Source: Hormiphora californensis
Lineage: Eukaryota > Animalia > Ctenophora
Reading direction: 5' to 3'
Assembly (NCBI GenBank): GCA_020137815.1
Contig: CM035352.1
Location: forward strand, 124,001-188,000
DNA: 64,000 bases
In this document: one piece after another, positions 56,510 to 64,000 of the stretch
Position numbering within the stretch: position 1 is the first letter of the stretch
How the letters are laid out: each line of letters opens with the position of its first letter
Notes under the pieces: model-generated
Seen by the model: the letters and a program-made list of their open reading frames with translations, nothing else
Databases searched by the model: none
Told to the model about the DNA's origin: nothing
Position numbers and translations under genes: made by a program

Positions 56510-59462
56510 CCTTCTGAAGGAAACTATGGAGGAAACCAACTTGGAGGCCTCTAACATTAGATTCCGGAAGAAGAAGAGTCGTTTATGGACATTCCTGTCG
56601 GACGGGACACAGCGGAAAGCTACCCTTGACTATCAGGAGAAAGTGGAGGAACAGTATTAAGGACACCACGACGTCCGAGGCGCTAAGCTCCCTTGGATCA
56701 GATCACCGGTTGCTGATTGCCAAGGTCAAACTCACTCTACGAAAGAGGAAGACCTTGCCAGTAAGAACGAATCTTGATTTTGGCCCCCTCAGAACCGACC
56801 CGGATCTAAGGGATCGTTTTACTGTTGAGGTTCAAAACCGATTTTCCTGCCTAACATCTGATGCTGAAGATGAACCAACTACTAACTATGGTCACTTCAT
56901 TAAAGCAATACAGGAAACGAGTAAAGCTCTCCTTGGGAAGAAGCGGAAACGTCTGAAAGACGTTGTGGCAGAGGACTATAGAGTTAAGCGAGTGAGAACA
57001 GAGTTGGAGTGTGCCAGTAAGGAGTACCACGATGTACCAGGCGAAGAGACGAGGACTAGAGTAAATAGGGCGAAGGAAGAGTTATCGGGGGACTATGGAC
57101 AAGTTGAGTCGGAGATTATTGAGGGTAAGATTAGGAGGGTAGAGGATGCTGCTAGGAATGCTAAGTCACGAGAAGTTTGGAGGATAGTTAATGAGGTCTC
57201 TGGTAGAAATGAGGACAGCTAGTCAGTTGGAGGGGGCCTCGCCGGAAGAGAGGAATGATATTATGGTTGAATCACTTCCGAACCCTACTAGGGTCTGCAC
57301 CATCAGGGTCATCAGACACGGAGGTCGAACAGCTCTTCCCCCCGGCGGATATCTTCACTGGCAGCTTCACTCTTGAGGAATATCAGAGGGCCAAGAAGAG
57401 GATTAAGGAGGGGAAGGCTTATGGGGACGACAGCATCTCTCCTGAGGTTCTAAAGAGGTGTGATCTGGATGAGATAGTGCTGGGTTTTTGTAACGGTGCA
57501 TTAGAAGGTAAGGGTATCCCAGAACAATGGACAGTCAGTAACATCATCCCTGTCCCGAAGAAAGGTGATCTTTCCAAGCCTGGGAACTACCGTGGTATTG
57601 CACTGACTTCAATCGTCGCAAAGACATTGAACAGGTTGGTAACGAAGTTACCCCTCTGTCGAGGGGTAACAGAACCGCCTACCCGTTTTTAAGTAAATTC
57701 CTTAAAAAGTATCGCTGACATGTCCAGGCATGGCACCCCACCCCACAATTACTATACTTTACGTAGGGCGCGATGGCACGCCAGGACATGATATGTCACT
57801 AGTCCAAGATTTTAGCCTCCGAATCTGCTGTTTTTTACCAACTTTTTCGAATTTTCACGGCCAAACTATAACTTAATTTGAATTGATTTTATCACAATTG
57901 TCCTAGGTATAGTCCACAGCACCATCTCACCGAATATGAAGTTTCAAAAACGCGATCTTCATCGAAATTCAACTTCAAAAATAGTGTTAATGATGAAATA
58001 ACATCAAAATTAACATACTACACAAATCTTGAGACAATTTCATGGCTGTAGAAAAAGGATTTAGCCAAATCTGTTTTATGGTTGAGGCGGTATTAATTTT
58101 TGAAAAATATGAAACCGATTCTGTTACCCCTACATAGGGCATTGCGATAGTAAGGCACGTTTTAGCGTGCCCGCAATGTAGGGGGAACTGCGTTACCAAT
58201 TGAACAGGATGCTACTACATCGCATCCGGCCCTATGTCGAGACAAAACTTCTCGACTCCCAGAACGGATTCCGGGAGGGGCGCTCAACCACCAGTCACAT
58301 CCTGACGCTGAGGAGGATACTAGAAGGTGCGAGGAGGAAACAGCTTCCGGTAGCCATGGCTTTCATCGACTTCGTTAAAGCATTTGATAGTATAAACCGA
58401 TCAAGCCTGATGAAGATCCTGAGAGCATATGGTATACCGGATGCTATCGTAGACCTTATCCAATGGCTTTACACCAACACTAAAGCACAGCTCTTAACAG
58501 CTGACGGCCTCACTGCTATCTTTGAGATCGTGGCTGGTGTCTTACAAGGCGACACTTTAGCCCCATATCTCTTTATCATAGTACTGGATTACTGTCTACG
58601 GATAGCACTCAGCAGACACCCGGAGATCGGTTTCACTCTGAGACCTGCTAGGAGTAGAAGAGTTGGGGCATCTAGAATTACAGACACTGGCTTTGCGGAC
58701 GATGTGGCCCTGCTGGCAAACTCGGTTGAGGAGTTAGGAGTTGTATTACGTGAGGTTGAGACGGTGTGTAAGGAGGTTGGTCTGGCTATTAACCAGAACA
58801 AAACGGAGCTCATAGTGGAGAACATCCCTGATCCAGAGCCGCTCCTTACCTGTGATGGACACACGATCAAAAGAGCAGATGACTTCAAATATCTTGGATC
58901 GTGGATCAGAGATTCCAATAAGGACATCAAGAACCGGAAGAGCAAAGCATGGTTTGCCTGCCACGGATTGAAGAAAGTCTGGAACTCAGATCTGAACGAC
59001 GAACTAAAGTGCAGCTTATTTGTTGCTACTGTCGAAACCGTCCTCCTCTATGGCTGTGAAACATGGTCCCTCACCAAGCAAATGGAGAAGAGCCTTAATG
59101 GAACCTACACTAGGATGCTGAGAATGGCGCTCAACAAGAACCAGTGGCAACTCCGTATGACCAATGGAACGTTGTATGGTATTGGAGGGTTACCAATTCT
59201 CAGCACTAAAATAGCAGAACGCAGACTACGTCTAGCCGTTCATGCCCAACGCCATCCTGAGCTGACCCTCCACAAAATCCTTCTTTGGGAACCGCTCCAT
59301 GGTCAAGCCAAACGTAGCAGGCCTACGAAAACCTTTGTGGACGTTTTACGGCAAGATACGGGTCTGGGTGACGTGAAGGAGCTTCAGTGATGTAAGAACG
59401 TGATGCGTGGAGAAAACTTGTTCAAGGCGTTCGGGAATTCCACCCGCCTTAAGTCAAGTAAG
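56510..59462 (+). mobile_element. RTE-clade LINE, frameshifted, 5'-truncated
   Basis: SDH, PKKGDLS..NYRGIAL, QNGFR, IDFVKAFDS, GVLQGDTLAPYLF, FADD, FKYLGS, LLYGCETW; AAGT-type tail. Confidence 0.9.
57636..58199. mobile_element. MITE with 9-bp TSD ttgaacagg and TIR ttggtaacg.agtt.cccct
   Basis: TSD at 57627-57635 and 58200-58208; removal restores the RTE frame KTLNR|MLLHR. Confidence 0.85.
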
Positions 59463-60204
59463 CCATCACTGAGATACTTTTGTTATGTTGGGAGCAAGAC
59501 GTCACACATCTATCTCTTGTATTCTGTATGTGTGCGCGCCCGGGCATGTTCGATGTACAGTAGGGGTTGCTATTCTTCAAAATAATTTCATGAATCATTG
59601 TACATTGTGTTCATAAGATGTTCAACTATGAGTATATGAAGTTTCAGCCAAAACCATCCAGCCGCTAAGGATCGCAAGCGGTTTTTGTAAATAGTGGAAA
59701 ATTGTAAAAAATTGTAAAAAATTGATAAAAATTGTTAAAAATTGTTAAAAATTGTGGCAACCATACCCTCAACATCTGTAGGACTATCTCTGACCCTAAC
59801 ACCGAAAATTGGCCCCCAGGACACCCCCAATAGCCGGGCAAAGTGATTTATATGCGTAATTTAAAATTTAAAAAAAATTATTCTGAATATTTACTAAAAT
59901 CACCTTGTAGGGTGTTTATTTAGTGTTCAACTACGAGTATATGAAGTTTCAGCCAAAACCATCCAGCTGTTTTGCTGCAGGAACGGTTTTTGTGAATTGT
60001 GGAAAATTGTAAAAATTGTAAAAAATTGTAAAAAATTGTAAAATATTGTGGTAAATAGATGTCACCAGACCGTTAGATGCGATTCGACAGCTGCAGGTCT
60101 AGCCCTGGTTCTAACAACGGAAATTGGCCTAGAGGACATCCCCATGGACCTGCACAATGATTCATTAGCCCATCTTGAAATTTTTGAAATAGCAACCCCT
60201 GTAT

Positions 60205-61360
60205 TCGTGTGACCTGTGATTTTGGGTCATGATCGGGCTCCATCGAATTGATCAAAACTCATCGAAAAATAGGTCAAAATGGTTCGAACAAAAACCAGTG
60301 TTCTAGAGAATTGTCTGGCGAACATTTTGGTTGCAAGATTGACGTTCCAAGTCTTTCCCATCGTCAGATATATCGTCTTAAAGTCAAAAATACGTGTTCA
60401 TGAAATCCGACCGGGATTCACGTTTTGAAAAATGCACAAATGCAAAGTTGCTCGGATCACATTGCATCCCTCGAATAAGAGTTGTAGAAAATTGTCTGGC
60501 GGTCATTTTGGTACCCGAGTTTTTGTCCTAGCTCAATGTTTAGAGTGTCTTATGACTGTCTAAAGACGAAATTTAACCAACATTTTTGAGGGGATCACGT
60601 GTCATAAACAAATGGGTGAAATGGTTTGAAATTTATAAGAGCTTGATTGGAATCGTCTAAGGTTCATTTTGGTACCATGATTTTTTGCTTTACTCTACGT
60701 TTAAGTTGCGTTATGGCTGTAGGAACATGAAGAGTCCTCTATGCTGAGTCTTAGTTGGTAACGGCTCACAACCCCTAATTAGGTGGCTCGGTGTCGTGTG
60801 TAATCCCATGATAATCAGCACATATCGTCTCAATTTCATTTAGATACTTGACAGGGTTGTTATGACGATTTGGCAAGGCCCCTGTTAATGTGTAGGATAC
60901 GCAAGTGGTCTATCTCAACCCTATCATACACTAAGATGTTATTCAAGCAGCTATGAGCTTCATAACAGGGCAAAATGCAATGCGATACCTGAGACCACTT
61001 TTGGGAAAATTCCAGTCCTGACAGTCATAAGACACTCTAAACATTGAGCTAGGACAAAAACCCGGGTACCAAAATAACCGCTAGAAAATTTCCTACAACT
61101 CTTATGAGGGATGCAATGATCCGAGCAACTTTGCATTTGTGAACTTTTTAAAACGTGAACCCCGGTCGGATTTCATGAACACGTATTTTTGACTTTAAGA
61201 CGATATATCTGACGATTGGAACGTAATTCTTGCCACCAAAATGTTCGATTGACAATTCTCTAGAACACTGGTTTTTGTTAGAACCATTTTGACCTATTTT
61301 TCGATGAGTTTTCATTAGTTTAATCGAGCCCGGTCACGACCCAAAATCGCAGGTCACGCA
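60205..61360. mobile_element. Fold-back element with ~350-bp inverted arms
   Basis: 60205-60560 is the reverse complement of ~61020-61360. Confidence 0.8.
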
Positions 61361-61421
61361 AAGACAGTACTGCCTACGGGGAAAAAAGCAAAATGCTCAG
61401 AGAAATAATCTCTACTACAAT

Positions 61422-61896
61422 GTTACTGTTGCCATGGCAAATAAATCGGTAACTATGGCAACTGAGTTGCTAAAATTCATCCAAAAGTATTCAAAAACTC
61501 CCAAAAGTGTGAGCAACAGCTTTACAGCTGTCGCTTAGATACCGCCTAACGAACGGCCACCACGTCGTTCATCTCCAACTTATAACATAGACTAGCGCTC
61601 CCATTGGGTGCGCCTCAAGTAAGGGCTTTTCGATAACCCACCCGGCTTCGCCGGGTGGTTCTTTTTGCCCCTTTCAACGTCTATAAAACGATTGCCATGG
61701 CAACTGAATTGGTAACTATGGGGACTGACATGTTAAAAGTCATTCGAAAATATTAACAAACTTCCACTGGAAGTGTGAATGACAGCTAAATACAGCTTTG
61801 GTCATATGAAGTGTTTTATGAAGGAGCACTGTCGCGTAGAAACGCACTGAACGAACGACCACCACTTCGACGTTCATTTCCAAATTATAATAGAGA
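61422..61896 (-). mobile_element. Tandem Helitron-like units, same family as 14732-15349
   Basis: Full unit 61592-61896 plus a partial unit, joined CTAG|TC on the minus strand. Confidence 0.8.
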
Positions 61897-62565
61897 TAAT
61901 TGGGGGGGGGGGGGGGGGTATTAAAATTTCCTTTAATGTCCCTCGATTTTTCCCCGCCTGGGTGAATACCGAAGGGTTTAGAATTCGACAATTTTGCATA
62001 CCGTGTGGCCCAGGTTAAAGGGAGGGTACGTTGGCCTTTTTTCACCCAGAAGTTTAATTTCAATCACTCTGATATTTTGACAAAATTTCTGCATGGGTAC
62101 TCATTCGAGGAATCTCAAGTTTCAAAAGATAAAAGTTGAAAGTTAATTAATTAACTCAATTTTTCGTTTTTCGGGTTTTTTGAGGTTTTCTCTTGATTAA
62201 ATTCGATTTTATTATTTTTTAAACCGCCATACAATAGAGCAAGTATCAACAAATGGCAATCTGCATTTTATTAAAAGTGAATCAAGTTTAGTGGGTGAAA
62301 TAAGTTATTTAAAGATGATATTTTTTACCAAACATCGATTTTGATCTGTTTTGACCAGAAATCGGTAAATTCAGGCGCTAAAAATTTGTACGGCCATTAC
62401 ACTTGATCAATTTTGATGTTAGCCGGAATTTTTGTTATGTCCTTTCACTGTATCAACGAGAGTTTTCCGTTCTCGCTGTTCCTCCGGTGTTAGGTTGACG
62501 TTGACGTCAATAATGCCTCTCTTCCGCTGGTCGCGGAGCCAATTTCTCTAATAAACGTCCTAGGG

Positions 62566-63470
62566 TACCCGCCCTCCCTGCCGACGGGAGGTCATTCGGC
62601 AGGGAGGGCGGGATATAGGGGTATAATGTCCTACGTGCCGACGAGATTGGGATGAGATCGCCGTCGGCACGTAGGACATTTGACCCCTATATTCCGCCCT
62701 CCCTGCCGAAAACTCACTCCGAGAGAGTATTCGGCAGGGAGGACATTTACCCCTCCTATTCACCCTCTGTACCGACGATCGGTAGGGAGGGCGTTTCACT
62801 CCTTCTGTGAGCTCGAGAATTTGGCCGGCAGGCCAAATACGAAGAGCTCACTGTGTATTGTTCCTCTGAGTATCAGTATCGTTAGGGTTAGGGTTAGGGT
62901 GGTGGTTAGGGTTAGGGTGGTGGTTAGGGTTAGGGTGGTGGTTAGGGTTAGGGTGGTGGTTAGGGCGGTGGTTAGGGTGATGGTTAGGGTGATGGTTAGG
63001 GCGATGGTTTGGGCTAAGTTTGGGTTATGGTTTCGTCGGCACAGAGGGTGAAAAGGAGGGGTAAATGTCCTCCCTGCCGATCGTCGGTAGTGAGGCTGAA
63101 AAGGAGGGGTAAATGTCCTCCCTGCCGACGGCCCTACTTGCCAATCGTCGGTACAGAGGGTAAAAGGAGGGGTAAAATGTCCTCCCTGCCGATCGTCGGT
63201 ACAGAGGGTAAAAGGAGGGGTAAAATATCCTCCCTGCCGATCGTCGGTACAGAGGGTAAAAGGAGGGGTAAAATGTCCTCCCTGCCGACGGCCCTCCCTG
63301 CCGATCGGTAGGGAGGTCCGTCGGCAGGGAGGGCAGAAAATAGGCGTATAATGTCCTACGTGCCGACGGCGATCTCATCCCAATTTCGTCGGCACGTAGG
63401 ACATTATACCCCCATATCCCGCCCTCCCTGCCGACCCGTCGGCAGGGAGGTCCGTCGGCAGGGAGGGGGT
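62566..63470. mobile_element. MITE with ctccctgccga subterminal repeats and internal TTAGGG-variant tract (62881-63027)
   Basis: Inverted arms 62566-62790 / 63230-63470; ~48-bp internal tandem. Confidence 0.75.
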
Positions 63471-63482
63471 GACTCTGTTCCG

Positions 63483-63950
63483 ATTGGTCTATATTTACTC
63501 CCTATAACCGTGGATGGTCGATAAATTGAGTTTTAGGGGGTGAAAGATGGGTGCTGGCATCCAGCTATGGGGCAGCAATGGATCAATTTTACAGAAAAAG
63601 TTACTGTGTCAATATGGCATCTCTGTCACCGGTCGCGAGGCAAATTTCTCCAATAAACATCCTAGGGTGTTTCAATTGGTCTATATTTACTTCCTATAAC
63701 CGTGGATAGTCGATAAATAGAGTTTTAGGGGGTGCTGGCTGGGTGCTGGGATCCAGCAATGGGGCAGCAATGGATCAATTTTACAGAAAAAGTTACTGTG
63801 TCAATATGGCCTCTCTGTCACCGGTCGCGAGGCAAATTTCTCCAATAAACGTCCTAGGGCGTTCCAATTGATCTATATTTACTCCCTATAACCGTGGATA
63901 GTCGATAAATTGAGTCTTAGGGGGTGAAGAATGGGTGCTGGCATCCAGCA
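63483..63950. repeat. ~192-bp tandem repeat (~2.5 copies)
   Basis: attggtctatatttact.c.ctataaccgtgga recurs at 63483, 63676 and 63867. Confidence 0.9.
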
Positions 63951-64000
63951 ATATGCAGCAATGAGACACGTTTACATTGCTGCTCCATTGCTGGATCCCA

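Overview
Eukaryotic (invertebrate-metazoan-like) DNA with short GT-AG introns, TTAGGG telomere repeats and dense nested transposons. (1) 0.6-19.3 kb: a compact intron-rich gene cluster resembling an AcademH DNA transposon. It has an intact 9-exon RecQ helicase (-), a spliced CCHC zinc-knuckle gene (-), a >=10-exon DUF6589-type DDE transposase (-) broken by a Merlin-like MITE, and a divergent, decaying cyclin A/B-like gene (+) head-to-head with the transposase. (2) 21.2-39.8 kb: a noisy ~3.1 kb fold-back palindrome, a ~5.2 kb block present twice (24.35-29.57 and 34.63-39.78 kb), a 100-N gap, a 2.6 kb (CCCTAA)n tract and inverted telomere-variant hexamer arrays. The duplicated block is a head-to-tail stack of (GA)n-associated R4/Dong-like retroelements with a 5' HDV-like ribozyme, including a non-autonomous derivative. 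(3) 39.9-56.1 kb: an akirin gene (two exons seen, terminal exon not found) whose 15.9 kb intron holds piggyBac, Helitron-like, RTEX, Penelope, CR1-like and hAT elements. (4) 56.5-64 kb: RTE LINE, fold-back MITEs, Helitron-like units and a ~192-bp tandem repeat. Parts of 21-37 kb look like unpolished long-read sequence, so assembly artefact is a real alternative there. All calls are from manual reading; no searches were run.
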